A DNA stretch of 64,000 bases from Polymyxa betae A26-41 (taxonomy: Eukaryota; Protista; Endomyxa: Phytomyxea). The notes below the pieces were generated by a model. It had not been told where the DNA came from. It saw nothing but the letters and a program-made list of their open reading frames with translations, and did no database searches. The DNA is taken from NCBI GenBank assembly GCA_003693705.1, contig RBZT01000546.1:228927-292926 (forward strand), read 5' to 3'. The translations under genes were made by a program, and so were the position numbers. Shown piece after piece: positions 27,182-40,561 of this stretch (position 1 is the stretch's first letter; each line of letters begins with the position of its first letter).

Positions 27182-27593
27182 ATGAAGAGTCAGGATGACA
27201 TTGATCAGATGAGCAATATTGAGATTGCTAACAGCATACAGACCGTTATTTTGGAACTTATTGCAGCCACAGTCAGATCTGAACGTACATTGCAAGGTTT
27301 ACTAACGCCTATATACATGCTCTTTATATCGAATCTGATCATGATTGATAGAGACACTTGAAGAAAGTATCTCTCAGTATATCACTTATATCAAAACTTT
27401 AGAAAGGCGTCTTAAAGTATATGAACAATCACGAATCCATCATGTTCCTATTTCCGAATTACAAGCAGAACTAGAACAAAAGCAATCGTTGATTGCTTTG
27501 TATCGACAATCAATCCAGTCTTGGAACGCCAATTTTGCTGCTTTATCTTTACAGAATCAGGAAGCTCTACAAGCTGTAATTCCATCAGATTAA
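27182..27593 (+). CDS. Mediator subunit Med28-like small helical protein
   Basis: Two exons. SISQYITYIKTLE...ISELQAELEQKQSLIALYRQSIQSW resembles Med28 (VSELRNELQRKDALVQKH...W) as remembered. Confidence 0.5.
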
Positions 27594-27760
27594 TTTTTTA
27601 AATGAATGTATTTTATCGATTCTTGATCATTGATATATATTGATTATCTGTTGATTACACTCAGCACAAGATTAGCAAGTGAACGTAGCATATCACTGCA
27701 ATGAGTTGCTTGTGAGGTACCGTCATAAGATCATTCGTTGCATGAACTAAAAGCTGGAAA

Positions 27761-30700
27761 ATGGTTCAAGATACCGAAACAAATGACGATAGAATAGGAT
27801 TCCTGTCTGGACCACCGCCTGATAAAGGCCATCGTCAACGTATATTCGATAGTTTATCGATCATTACTGATGGGAATCGATTCCGTTATGTTAACAGGTT
27901 AATATATGAAGTTAAAGACTATCAATACTGATCAAATGTCATTCTAGTTCGATTGATGAGATTGACAGTGCTCGTGGCACGTTCATGTATAGCTGGGGTG
28001 CTGGATGCCAACCTGGGCGTAAATCTGATCGAGGACCATGCAAGGTTTTAGCCGGATACTCAATATGCTTGAAGTGCAACTTATCTGTTATAAGACATCA
28101 TTGGTGCCATATCTCATTGAAATCCCTGAATCAGTTCGATATGTAGGATGTGGTGGATCTCAATCTGGATGCTGTACAGATTCAGGTCATGTATATGTCT
28201 GGGGAGATAGTAGATATCATCATCTAGGTTCTATTGCTGATGGACATACTTATCAGAACACACCAATGCTTGTTCATAGCTTGGTTCAAGCTAATGTCTT
28301 CATTATTCAGGTTTGTGTCACGTTGATTGAGGTTACACTGGCTTTAATCTGGATAAAGATCGCTTGTGGAAATGGTCATACCGTTGTTCTTACTAATGAA
28401 GGTCGTTTATGGACCTGGGGACTTTCGAAGAATGGTGAGCCATTTTATTGAGATGAATGATTGTTGACAGGTTCTCTACCCTTGTTTTGTGACTTTCAGT
28501 TTAGCTTACAAGGTTGCTTATTGAAATTAACATGATCGTAGGTCAAACAGGACATGGTATCTTGTAGTGGATCGGTATGACCAATTTCTGATTTTTTTTA
28601 ATCAAGGCGATAGAATTACAGTGCGAGCACCGAAAAAGATCGACATAGAAGTGAAATTTACCTGGTAAATTGATCAATTGTCCTGATCGGGTTTCATCGA
28701 AAGTTTATGTTGGCATTGGGATGAAATTTGATGAAAACCATCAGTGAACTGAGTTCACTGATGGTTTGTAATGTACAGGATATCATGTGGTGATAAACAT
28801 ACAGCTGCATTATCTGCATCAGGTCATGTATATACTTGTGGACATGGAGAACATGTATGTATTAATGTATAGCAGACAATTCAGTAATGACCTATTTATA
28901 GGGTCAATTAGGACATGGAGTTAACAATGATGAATTACGTCTAAAGCTGGTCTCAGATCTTGCTAATCTCAACATCAAACGAGTTCAATGTGGCTCTATC
29001 CTAACGGCAGCTATAGATCGTAATACAGCTCCATGTCACTGGTTCGTCCTCAGATTCTTCACAGAACATGGAGCATTGTATTTCTGGGGATTCGGAGAAG
29101 CAATATTTCCACAGGGCACACATTTTCAGTATAAGCCAATGTTATTTCGTCTAAAAGATAAGCTTAAAGATGTATCATGTGGACATAGTCATGTTATGGG
29201 TCTCAGTGGTAAACTCATATCAATCATTGTCCTTATATGTAATGAACTTGATGATTAGAAGCTGGCAATGTTTGGGTTTGGGGATCCAATCAATTCTTTA
29301 ATCTTGGGACTGGAGATACCAGGTCATACTGTTAGTGATATGGTTCTGTTCCTGGTTTTGATTCCGTGTAGGAATAGCCGATTACCCCAGATTGTGCTTG
29401 ATGGAAAAGATATCGCTAGTATCTATGCAGGACGACATCATTGTGCTGCAATATCTAGTAGGAGTATATTACCATGTATATATTCTGTATTAAATCTGTA
29501 TGTAGGACTAGGTCTGGTATATACATGGGGTTGTGGTGAAGATGGTATTATAGTATCATATGTTATAATATTGAGTGTAATGATGGTATATAGGACAGTT
29601 AGGACATAATAATCTATCTAATGTCAGTATACCACGTCTAGTTCAATCATTATTAGGCCATGTTGTTGGTCAGATATCATGTGCTGATAGACACATGCTA
29701 GCAATTACTGGTCAGTCTCTCTTCTCTCTCATACAACATTATATAATGGATTCCTGTCAGCTGCACCATATCGTCATGTATCAGATGATATCTTGCAGAT
29801 CTATCATACCGAGACTTTCGAACGGCGATTGAAACTTCGAGCTTTTCAAGCCTTACGTGATGGTAATTGCCAAGCTCATTGAGATGTATTGTTTGATTGA
29901 GTAATTCGGTTTAGGAACTACTCTATCTGTTGCCGAACGAGCACAGATCTCCAAATATCTCCATCAGCAGAATGTTCCGGGTGCCAATCATCTTCGATTG
30001 CAAGCTTTATCGCGAATGTTGCCGAATAATAGTCTTACAAACGGTGTTATGTCTGGATCAAGAACAGAGAGGAGATACTCTGTTAGTGCACTTAACAGTC
30101 CTAACACAGCTCTGAATGCAAATCTTTATATAGGATGATTCTTTTACTGATCCTAGAAGACAGTCCTCTTTCTCAGCACGTGAACCATCAGAAAGGATGG
30201 AGGTAAGAAATAATCTTTATCAGGACGGAATCAAGTCCTAAACCGTATTTGGAACAGAATGATTTCTTGGAAGACCTGCTTGTTGAACGCCATGCTAGCG
30301 CTCTTGTACCATTACATCCATCAACTGAAGGAACTATTGCACGAATATGCTTCCATCGGGTCTGATAGCACTTTCTACAGAATTGATGCAGTAATCTCAG
30401 GGATGTTTAGGAAATGTCGACACCGTTGAAGGATACCCTGCGAGCAGTTAAGGCAGCTGGAGTTGGGACGTCTGAAGCGAAAGCTGAATATAAGCGATTA
30501 TCGGACGCCATATTCTTGATTCGGAAAGAATGTGATCGTAATCGCTATCACCGAGTGGAGCTCATTCGACAATATCAGTTATTGAATCATGAAAAAGCAC
30601 TTGTAGTTGACACCAAAAAAGTTAACCTGCAGCAAGGTAGCAATTCGGATCTATATCCGGTCAAACAACGATCAATAAATTTTAACAGAGCAGGCCTTGA

Positions 30701-31879
30701 TGAAGAGGTTGGATAGTATTCGCATCCAGCTGGACACAGTTATTATCAAAATCAACGAGACCTTGAATACTCGTAAAAGATATGAGCAAAGCATCGCACA
30801 GTTACGGGAAGACATTAATGACATACAAAGGTACATTGAAATCAACAGCTCAAAATTTAGCTAATTCTAGCCCATACAAGGAGGTTTACTGCTGCTCGCC
30901 AGCTCGACAATTGGCATGAGATTGGCCTCACAAAAATCCAGCAAGCGCAGTTAAAAATCGCCTCAGATCCAGCTTTGGTAAAATACGATCTTTGTTTGAG
31001 TGGAGTTCAGTAAACAGTTCTCTACAGACTGATGTGAAAATATTTGGATCAGAAGCAGCAAAATTTAATCGATTTTTTAAAGACCATCTAAACAAGTTTA
31101 AAGCAATTTGCGATTTTATGCTGCAAGAGCGAAAATCTCGGACATCGGTTAGTCTTAGCGACAGGACCATTGCCTATAGACCAATCGTCGTTAGGGAAAT
31201 GAACGAAAAGAAGATAATCATAAGCAGCTACAAACTCAAAGAATCTCCATCTTGATAGCGAATGTCAAAAGTCGAGAACAAAGTTTGTTAGATTTTCTGG
31301 CCAATGTTTTCTCACTGTTGACCATTTGGTTGCGCAGAGATGTTGACATTAGAACAACATATCAGTACAATAGCAAATAAGAAAGTATTATTACAGGAAC
31401 AGTTCGAAAGGATAGCGGCAATTACTGGATTCAGAAATTCAAAGGAGATTATAACACGATTTTTTATGCGAAAAGAAATAGAAGCTGACCTTCGTGCTCA
31501 ACAACAAGCTGCATACCATACTATCGAAAAGCTGAAGCAGGAACAGGTAAACCAGCGATATTTGAATTCCACAAAATTTACGGATATGTAGGCGAACGAA
31601 TTGGAAAAACTGGAAAGAGCGCAAGGCACAACACAGATTCGAATTCAAGTTGTCGAACGGCTACAAGAGCATTGTATAGCTGCACAGAGAAGACGAGATG
31701 AAATTGTCGATCAGTATAACATCCATGTAGCTCGCAGAGCACAAATGCATGAATTTTTCAGCATGCTCTTAAGCCGGTTAAATTCTGTTTTGGGTCACGA
31801 GCCCAGAGAATTTCATAATCTATCAAAGTTGTTGAGAAATCTGCATGAAACTCTTGGTCAATGTATTAACTGCGAGTGA
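27761..31879 (+). CDS. RCC1-repeat protein fused to an ODAD3/CCDC151-like coiled coil
   Basis: RCC1 repeats (IACGNGHTVVLTNEGRLWTWG, GQLGH, VYTWGCGEDGQLG) splice in frame via ...RRYS|DDSF...ERME|NDFL...FHR|EMSTP into a coil containing QLDTVIIKINETLNTRKRYEQSIAQLRED and FERIAAITG...EIITRF. Confidence 0.75.
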
Positions 31880-31930
31880 ACCAAACCATGAAATTTAAAC
31901 CAAACGGTGTAATTTTAACAATACGATAAA

Positions 31931-34013
31931 TTAATCAAGATCTATTATCTCAACAGACTTATCAGTCGTTAGTTCAATTAAGGGATGCCTACGCCTTAAG
32001 TGATCGGCGAAAGGGCTAGGTGGTGGTGAATCGAATTCAGTACCACGCGCCGGTGCTAATTCTGTCGTTGAAATTGCTTTCGAAAAATTGGGTGTGACAG
32101 GAACTTCTGAATGAGCAGGAAAAGCTGCCATTGCAGACACAGCCGGAGGCGAACGAATCTGCTCATTAGCAGGAGCTGGAGTACCAGCAGGTGTTTCAGA
32201 TGATATGTTTGCATTGGTAGTTGGACCAATCGAAACACGGCGTGATGGTGATTCTACCAACGTTTTAGTCGAAAAAACAGAGATCAGACAGATTTACCCT
32301 TATCTACTACACTACCCACTACAGCTCCAATATTTTCATTCTTGATTTTGTACCGTTTGTAAGCATCGTTTAAGTGAATTGATGTGACAGCACAATCACT
32401 TGTCCAGGATTCCAGTATCTAGAAAATGTCGAATAAGACAACTTAATCGGGTGGCACTATCGGATGTACCTGTTTAAAATACCTCCTTCGCACAGCATCT
32501 TCCTGGTGCAGCTCGGTCTGATCAGGATTATTGAATCTGAGATGGCAGAGCAACGGTAGATGTACATACCGTTTGAACATTATCAAGGGGTTTCGATTTG
32601 GCTCCACTTTTCTGCTGAATCGCTGCATTGGAAGCTGCAGTAAAATCTCTTGCAATCGTGGACAATTCTAACAGATCAGATGCAAACAAATCCCAGCGAC
32701 ATCTGAGTGCAAACGAATCAGAACTGCAGAAAACGACTGCACTTGACCGAACCTGTATTTGAGTTTCCCATCTGATTTTTTAGAAACAGAGACACAACCA
32801 GCAGAAGTATCACCAGATTGAACGGCGGCCTCATAATTAGCCACATCTTTCTTGATTTTTAGTTTTAATCTACGAATAACCTGGTCACAGTTAACATGAG
32901 CATAAAATGGCGTCTACAGTCTCAACTTTTTTTGATTGGGCATCAAACTTCTTTGGAAGCCACTGGATATATAACTTCTTTAATTTGTCTTTGATATTGC
33001 CTTTCGATAAAAATGATCCATTTGGGAACAATCCACTAAGCTGAGCATAAACATGCTTTCTATAAAAAATACTAGGTACAAACGAACCATACGCAAAGCA
33101 TAATCTACCTTTCGGTTGCTTTAATCGTCCGTATTCTCTCTTCAAAGTTCATAAGTGCAGTTTCCAGAACAACCGGCATTGGTTTCTTGTCAGAATCAGT
33201 GAGTTTCTCTTGATTTGCACTGATCAGATCACGTAATGATGTCAACTCATCAGTTAAAACTTCATCAACCTGACCACCTATTATGACCTAATCATATATG
33301 CATGAAACTCAAGTAATTTGTCGAAGAACAATACCGACTTTTACTTTGTCGGCGTATTCATCAAATTCCGGTGTAGCAGGCCTTACAGCAGGTTTCGATT
33401 TTGGCTTAGATGCCTTAGGTTTAGGCTTCTTCTCGACAACAGCAATGTCGCCGGTTTGAACAAAGAAACCTGAAAATTGTCAAGAAATGTTTCATATCCG
33501 ATCAGAAACCCAACCTTTCATTTCAGTTTCAATCCGCTTGGACTGTTCAACATCAAATAATTCGCTATCATCAATGAAGGGATCGTTAACATCGTAATAG
33601 CTTCCTTGAGATATAGATTCATCAGCGTCGTCCTATTTAGGCAGTTAGCAGGACGTTCGTGACAGCGCATGGGTTATCACACCACATCCATGGCATCAAC
33701 GGCGACACCTTCTTCAGAATCTTCCTCCAAAGACGCACACAGAGCTGACCATGATATAATAGGGCCTGAAAGAGAACTTTAGACTAACAAATAATAAAGG
33801 ACGAGAAAAAATAAAGCTAATTTAACCTTGGTCTTTGAGATCTACATAGAATCGCAGGCATCCGTTGTATTCTTCTTGATCTTCTTCGCCAAGATCAATT
33901 TCATCTTCATTATCGTCATCACCGTCTTCTTCTTCACTCTGACTAGCATCATCATCAACATCAGCGGGCGGTAATTGGTCCTGCTGGTGTTGATGAAGCA
34001 GTTCAACTGACAT
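31931..34013 (-). CDS. UBN: Ubinuclein/Hpc2-like HIRA complex subunit
   Basis: Acidic N-terminus, LRFYVDL..IISW, and HUN/HRD motif YYDVNDPFIDDSE...GFFVQTGDI. Confidence 0.85.
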
Positions 34014-34147
34014 AATGATGATGTATCAAATGGAGTGACGAAGCTCCCAAAACAAGGCTAGATCAGAAATGATAGGACTTCGCACTTGGTAATATTTGTC
34101 ATTATACATCAGTGTTGTAGATCGACGACCCCAACAAAGTAGGCATT

Positions 34148-34978
34148 ATGCACCCCATTACCCCATCTCTGTTAGAGCCTATATCTCCACCAAGTGCTTT
34201 TGGTATTGTAGAGCCAGGTATATATCGATCTAATGCATTCAATGCTGATCACTTCTCGTTTATCGGTCGCATACCATTAAAATCCATTCTGTATCTCTCG
34301 TCAGAATTAACAAGACTGAAAGAATTTGTCGATCAGACTTCGATAAAATTTTGTCACCAAGGTTTAAAAGCATGGCGTCCAGAACTTACTTGGAAACCTG
34401 TTTCTGATGAACTTGTGAAGGATTCCTTGGAGTTCATATTAAACGTGGAAAACCATCGTACGGTTAAGTTTACAGGATAATTCTGTTATTGACCTGAACG
34501 ATATAGCTGTTATGATCATGTGTAGTTCTGGTATACATGAGACAGGTATATTAGTTGGTTGTTTGAGAAGATTACAATTCTGGAATATGGCATCAAGTAT
34601 GTACTGCATTTGCTCATCTGCTTATTTGTTTCTTATAAATTCATGTAGTAATTGAAGAGCACCGCCGTTATGCCGGTGCAAAATCTCGTTTCGTCAATGA
34701 GCAGTATATAGAGTTCTTTGATATAGATCTTGTGACTTTGCCGCTCACACTTCCGTCTTGGTTCATCAACCAGATCCAGTTCTTTCAAAATGTGAGCTGT
34801 ATACAATTTGAGATTTGTTCTGAACTTCTTTTAGTTGAACAATCATAAAGAAGGAAAAAGCAAAAACAATACTGCTATCAACAGGTATTCCTTAAGACCA
34901 GCGACTTATGGTCCTTTGATAAGCACCAATGCATGTTATGATCCGTCGAAATCTATTGTCATAGACGATGCTGAATAG
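34148..34978 (+). CDS. PFA-DSP family (Siw14/Oca) protein, Oca4/Oca2-like pseudophosphatase
   Basis: PPSAFGIVEPGIYRS, P-loop region MCSSGIHETG..VGCLRRLQ.W, and EQYIEFFD. Confidence 0.85.
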
Positions 34979-35267
34979 TAATTATATGCTGCACTCTGTT
35001 GCAAACCATAAAATGGTGGTTCATTTCCCGATATTAAATGCACAACGGAACCGCTTTTGTCAATATCTGACGCCGAGTCCCTTCACAAAGCAATCTGCCC
35101 GGAACCCAGAAGGTTCACTGGATTTTGGATAGATAGTGGAAGTTTGTAAAGATTGAGAGATGAGATGAAGGCTTGTCATTCATAATGTTACATGTGTATT
35201 AGGGGGTTGTTGTGACTCAGATGATATCACTGCGATCTGTTTCTTCTGATCTTGCTGTCACTTGATC

Positions 35268-38200
35268 ATGACTCTGGCCTCATTCTCGTCATTATCATCA
35301 CCTGAAGCATGGAGTAGGCCCAAGAATTGGCCTGATCACACTCATCTATCACTATGGCGTCAACCACGTTGTATTGCCGGCCTATCATCTTCGAATCTCG
35401 AATGTCTTCGCATCACACCTATGCCTGTTAACTTGCAATTAGCCCAATCTAAAGCAATGGCTGTTCATTCAACTGAGAACTTGGTTCTTGGATCGAGAAC
35501 GTTTTCCGGCTCCAATAATGGTATAAGACATATTTTATTTTGCACGTTCTCTGATATGAGTTATGCCCAGGAGATCTTCAGTTTGTGAATTACTCTGAAG
35601 GTGGATTCCGGGCAGTACGAAAATTTTCCCTTGGGAACAGATGCACATCTCTGTGCTGGATTGAAGACCGGTTGTTATGTGGGACTGGGCGTGCTGAAGC
35701 CTTATTCTATCGGCTCGATCCAGATTCTATCCCAAAGATGCTTGCAATAAATGCTACGTACTCTCATGAAAGAATCATAACCTCTGAATCAACAAAATCA
35801 TATCCGTCTTCATATCCTGTGTCTATGGGATTAAATTCGGTTCGAATAAATCCTGTTGACATTGACCTATTTTGTACAGTTGAAAACAGTCGCTTACATT
35901 TATGGTAAGATGTTGCAAATGAATTTCACTTCTTCCTCCATTCTTGTTTCAGGAATTTCGGGCGTTCTGATGCCTCGATATTTTCAGGGAAAATTACAGC
36001 CAGCACAATTTTTGCTGCAGAATGGTCACCTCATTCTGCGAATCAGATCATGACTGGAGGTCTAAAGCAGTCTATTCGACTGCTGGATACGCGGCAGCTC
36101 GTCAAATCTGCAGATCGGGCGGTGACTTGGAAAATGACTGAAGCACATTCGGGCCCAATTAAAGCAATTTCATGGTCACCACTTGTATCACATTGGGTTG
36201 CTACAGGATCCGATGATGGATCCATCAACTTGTGGGATATTCGCTTAAATAAGGTAAAGGGCGAAATATGATTCTGTGTGTCTATTAAATACAATTGGTT
36301 AGGGTCCATTCTGCTCTCTTCAACGTCATGCAAATGCTGTTCAATCTGTATCATGGTCGAGCTCGCATTCTGAGATCCTTGTTACTTCTGCAACTGATTG
36401 TAGCTGCCGGATATGGAACCTGACCATGGCTCCACATTATATCATGAACTCTTGTCAGTCTCTGTGAATTTCTCTCAACTAAAAGCTCTGAATTATATCA
36501 TAGGCCATGGTTTTGAGAGCCCTCCCATCTCCACTGCATTTTCAGCTGTTAGCCCCAATCGTTTCTTTGTCTTGGCTTCAGATGGAGCAGTACAGGCGAT
36601 TGAAATGACCAATGAGTTCTTTCGCGAGTAAGTTCTATTCTCAATTATACTATTTTAAATCTCATATGTTATTTGCCCATTCAGTTTTATTCCTCATAGA
36701 TTTCAGGAAAAAGGGTCCACGGAATGTTCTGTTGAGGAGAAGATCTATTTTCGTAATATTGAATCTGCGATCGCTTTGATTACAGATAAAGGCAGCCAGC
36801 TTTGGAAAGAAGGACGATACGATAAGACAGCTCAACTGCTTTCAATATATTCTGAAACTGAGTTTGATCGTCTTCTGTCTCAAATTCCCGATCCTTATGA
36901 GACTCTTGCCAAAAAATTGTACCAAATTTATGATTCGTTATTGTAATTGACCCGCCTCCAGATCGTATTATATTTCTCCGCTGGCATCCAGGGTATCTGA
37001 AATCTCTGAACCGACGTCATTGAGGTTGAGGATACTTCGAATCCGTCTGGATATTCGTAACTTCGTTAAACACAAACGACATGAGGAACTGCTTCGTCTT
37101 GAAAACGATATCATTGATTTGATTGCTCGCTCTGATGATGCGTTCGATCCCAGCCAGCTTCAGAGCGTAATTGAGACCATCATGTCTAAAGAGTAACTTC
37201 GGCGCCGGTCGAATAATAGAAATGCTGACGTTGCAATTAGGTACAATCGAGCCTTGAATATAACCTTACGCATTGGAGAATCCCTTCGTGATCGATCCCG
37301 ATTCAGTGACTTTATCTGCATCTCTACATTGATTATGTCACCCACTGTCTACGACTCACTTGCTGATGTCAATGATTTTGTTATCACACCGGCACTGGCC
37401 AAAAAGGCGAGCGTAGCTATTGAAAGGTGGGCTAACGGCATCCATCTGTTATTTTAAGTGACCTTTTTCAGGGATCTGAGGAACCCCAAAGTTGTCATAC
37501 CCCAAATAGAACTACTAATCAAGGTCCATACAGCGATTACTAAACCAGATGGATCCAGTGCCATTATTCAAATTATGGAAGATCAGCAGGGCTCCAAGAT
37601 TATCCCAAGGTATGCTTTCATGACTTTATTTTCTGCAGTCTTGGATTAGTTTTCAGTGCACTTCATCGACTTTACTTCAATGCTTTAATGCAACTCAAGC
37701 ATTACGATAAATTCTTCATTCTTGCAACTCAACTAGCACAACATCTTGAAGGATATCCATTCTCCAGTGCGCTTCTGCAGCTAATGGAAAATGTCGCGCT
37801 TCCAAAGATATCATATTTCTTTTCTCAAGACTGCATCGAACAGTCTCGTAATTCTGGAGGTGGTAATTGGCGGATCTTCATCTAACGTTTGTTGACTTTG
37901 CACATCGCAGACACAAATCTTTTAGTAGCTGGCGCTCTATCGGTAGTTAACATGACCCAAAATTGTGCCTTCTTACCTGACTTTCTCAAGGTGCTATACT
38001 GATCTACCCCAAATAACCATCTTACTTTCTTCTGTATTGTAGGATGATCTTCCGAGATGGATTCTGAAGTTCTCTTCAGAGCTCGACCAAAATTTAAAGT
38101 GTCTTTCTTCTGAGGAGGCAGCTGCCCAAGCGAACCATATGGTGGATCAAATGAACCAGATACGAGATGCTAAACGTACAAATCAAGTATTTTGCAAAGA

Positions 38201-38270
38201 CGAGATGACAACGCTGCACGCGATGCTAAAAAGGCACAGCAATCAAATTCAAGCTCCCAGGCAAGGATAG
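35268..38270 (+). CDS. WD40-repeat protein with helical C-terminal region
   Basis: AHSGPIKAISWSP..VATGSDDGSINLWDIR and HANAVQSVSWS..LVTSATDCSCRIW; many short introns; stop at 38270. Confidence 0.8.
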
Positions 38271-38293
38271 TTTGGTTGTTCATCTATCAGGCT

Positions 38294-39222
38294 TTATTTA
38301 TTTATTTGTTCGATAAAAACGGTATGCAGCGCTATAATCTCATTTGCAAGATCGAGCTCAATTGTATCTGTGGTAATAGTCTCGGTATGACCAGGTGTAA
38401 TTATTAGGACTCTAGAATGTCGCTCATGAAGTAGATTCCCAATAACTGCATCAGAATGGTATCTCTTAATTGCCAATAAAGCCTTATCTATCAAAATGTT
38501 TTCATCTGTTTCCAGCTTGAAGGAGACCAAAAAAGACTTTGGAGACCACGACTCTTTTACAAAACCTAATACCTTCCTGCAAGGTTTGAGAACTAAAGTT
38601 AACGAGGAACTGCTCGACTGAATTTTATGTTCAGCAATGTCTTCAGCATCAAGTATGAAATCAGATACAGCAGCTGCAGAGATTATACAAGAAGCAGGTC
38701 CAGTCTGGCTCAGAAACCTGCAGCTCTGCTCAAATAAATTAAGATATTCATGAACTGTTGTAAATCCAATATAGAGGATACGATCTCGACCTTTCTCATA
38801 TTGATCTAGCAACCGCTTCAAGGTTGCAATTTCATTCGTACCGACATTTAAAGAGACAGACGACGATGATAAAGAGATATTATCCAGAATCGACGTCTGG
38901 CTCAAGAATGACAGAGAATGGACCCATGGCATACGAGATCCAATCCGATGCAGGAAAATGACCGCATAACGGCCAGAATTGACAATATTTTCAGCGAGAG
39001 ATGCACCTCGCTTGCCAGTACTAAAATTATCCAGAAATCGAACAGTATTACGTTCTAGAGGGACAGTAGTGCCTCCAGATGTCACCAGAGCTATTCGATA
39101 TGCCTAGACAAGAACTTGGATACGACAGGAGTGATATGCAACCGGCAATATACCTTTGAGAGCGATTTCTGAATGAATTCCTGAATCTGTTCAGTTGTCT
39201 GAGAGGCCATGTTGGGCGACAT
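38294..39222 (-). CDS. PPCS: Phosphopantothenate-cysteine ligase
   Basis: [41 protein letters not shown] and VSFKLETD. Confidence 0.95.
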
Positions 39223-39411
39223 GAGCTGCGTTTGCATCTGATGTTGGAGGTGAGCTGTTTATCTTTATGCCTTGATATATTATATAGTATGACAATGCGG
39301 AACTTCAATGACTCCATCGAAATCCAAACCTACCTTCCGATATTGACACAACATCAGTGCAAATCTTCCAAATCTTTCCAACCGCTTGGTTTATTCAAAT
39401 CCGCCTTGCAT

Positions 39412-40521
39412 ATGATGGCTATTGCTTCATATGTGTTCCTTGTTGTCGTAATGCTGGATGTTACTATTGCTGATGAAACATGCTGGAATGATTACCAATT
39501 AGGGCTGGATGATGGTCCAACCAAGGGTAAAGAAGCAGCTCGGGTCACAGCCAAATCTTTTCATTGTACTGTCGATATGAAGGAAGCTCGGAGCAGATTA
39601 CCCAAAAGCGGTAGCTGTTATGAAGTTGGTGTAAGAAATGGAGCTTTATGGCAATTACAAGCATTAGCTGCTATTAATCAGTGTCCAACTGATGATTTCT
39701 TCAATGAACATTGGAATACCGAATCTGTTCCTACAACAAGCTTAGAAGATCTCAAAACAAGGGGTTTGGATGCGGTCCCAGATGTCGCTAAACGCTTTGC
39801 CTCTCAAGGCCTAAATTCCCTCAAAGGCTCTCTCGCTTCAAGATTCTCTCGAAAATCCTCATCTACAAATTCTGTCGATGATAACCAAAATGAGAGAAGT
39901 TCCCAACTGCTTGAAGGCCCCCAACAACCAGTTGGAACTCAATCTTCAATTGGACGTAATCAAATGTCTGAATCAGAACCCAGAACCAGGTCTAATCAAA
40001 TGCCTACATCTGATGATGTTCAGATCAGATCGAATGAGCCACATCCAATGACCTTTCATACAGAACCCCCTCCCGTTCCTATTTCATCTGCACAACAACA
40101 AAATATTGCAGTTGATCCTGTTTCAGAACAATCAAATCCTGTCATGTCACGTGTTAGATCAGGAATATCCTCATTCGGTGCAGATAGAATTCTACCTACT
40201 ATATCACCAGTTATTTCACAGCAATCTGGTATAACACGTGAGAATACAGCAGGAACAAGAGAAATAACTCAACAACAAGAGCAACGTCTTATATCTACTG
40301 GGACTTCTTCATCAGATCAAGCTTTCACTAAGCAAGCTACTCCATCAAACTCGTTATTGATTCCCACGAGTGGTTCCAGAGATTCCATTTCCAGTGATGG
40401 TCAATTAGTACCAGAGCAGCAAGAGATTGATACAACAGAACCAATTAATGCCTCGGTACAAGGTCCTCAACAGCAGTTTAGTATAAGAACATTCAAATCC
40501 GAGTCCAGGACCATTGTGTAG
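39412..40521 (+). CDS. Intronless putative secreted protein (signal peptide, 4-Cys domain, S/T/Q-rich tail)
   Basis: MMAIASYVFLVVVMLDVTIA hydrophobic leader, ~70-aa domain with 4 Cys, then ~250 aa of low-complexity sequence. Confidence 0.7.
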   Translation: MMAIASYVFLVVVMLDVTIADETCWNDYQLGLDDGPTKGKEAARVTAKSFHCTVDMKEARSRLPKSGSCYEVGVRNGALWQLQALAAINQCPTDDFFNEHWNTESVPTTSLEDLKTRGLDAVPDVAKRFASQGLNSLKGSLASRFSRKSSSTNSVDDNQNERSSQLLEGPQQPVGTQSSIGRNQMSESEPRTRSNQMPTSDDVQIRSNEPHPMTFHTEPPPVPISSAQQQNIAVDPVSEQSNPVMSRVRSGISSFGADRILPTISPVISQQSGITRENTAGTREITQQQEQRLISTGTSSSDQAFTKQATPSNSLLIPTSGSRDSISSDGQLVPEQQEIDTTEPINASVQGPQQQFSIRTFKSESRTIV

Positions 40522-40561
40522 CAATATCTTTGCATTATGTTTTCAGATAAAAGGCTCTTGT

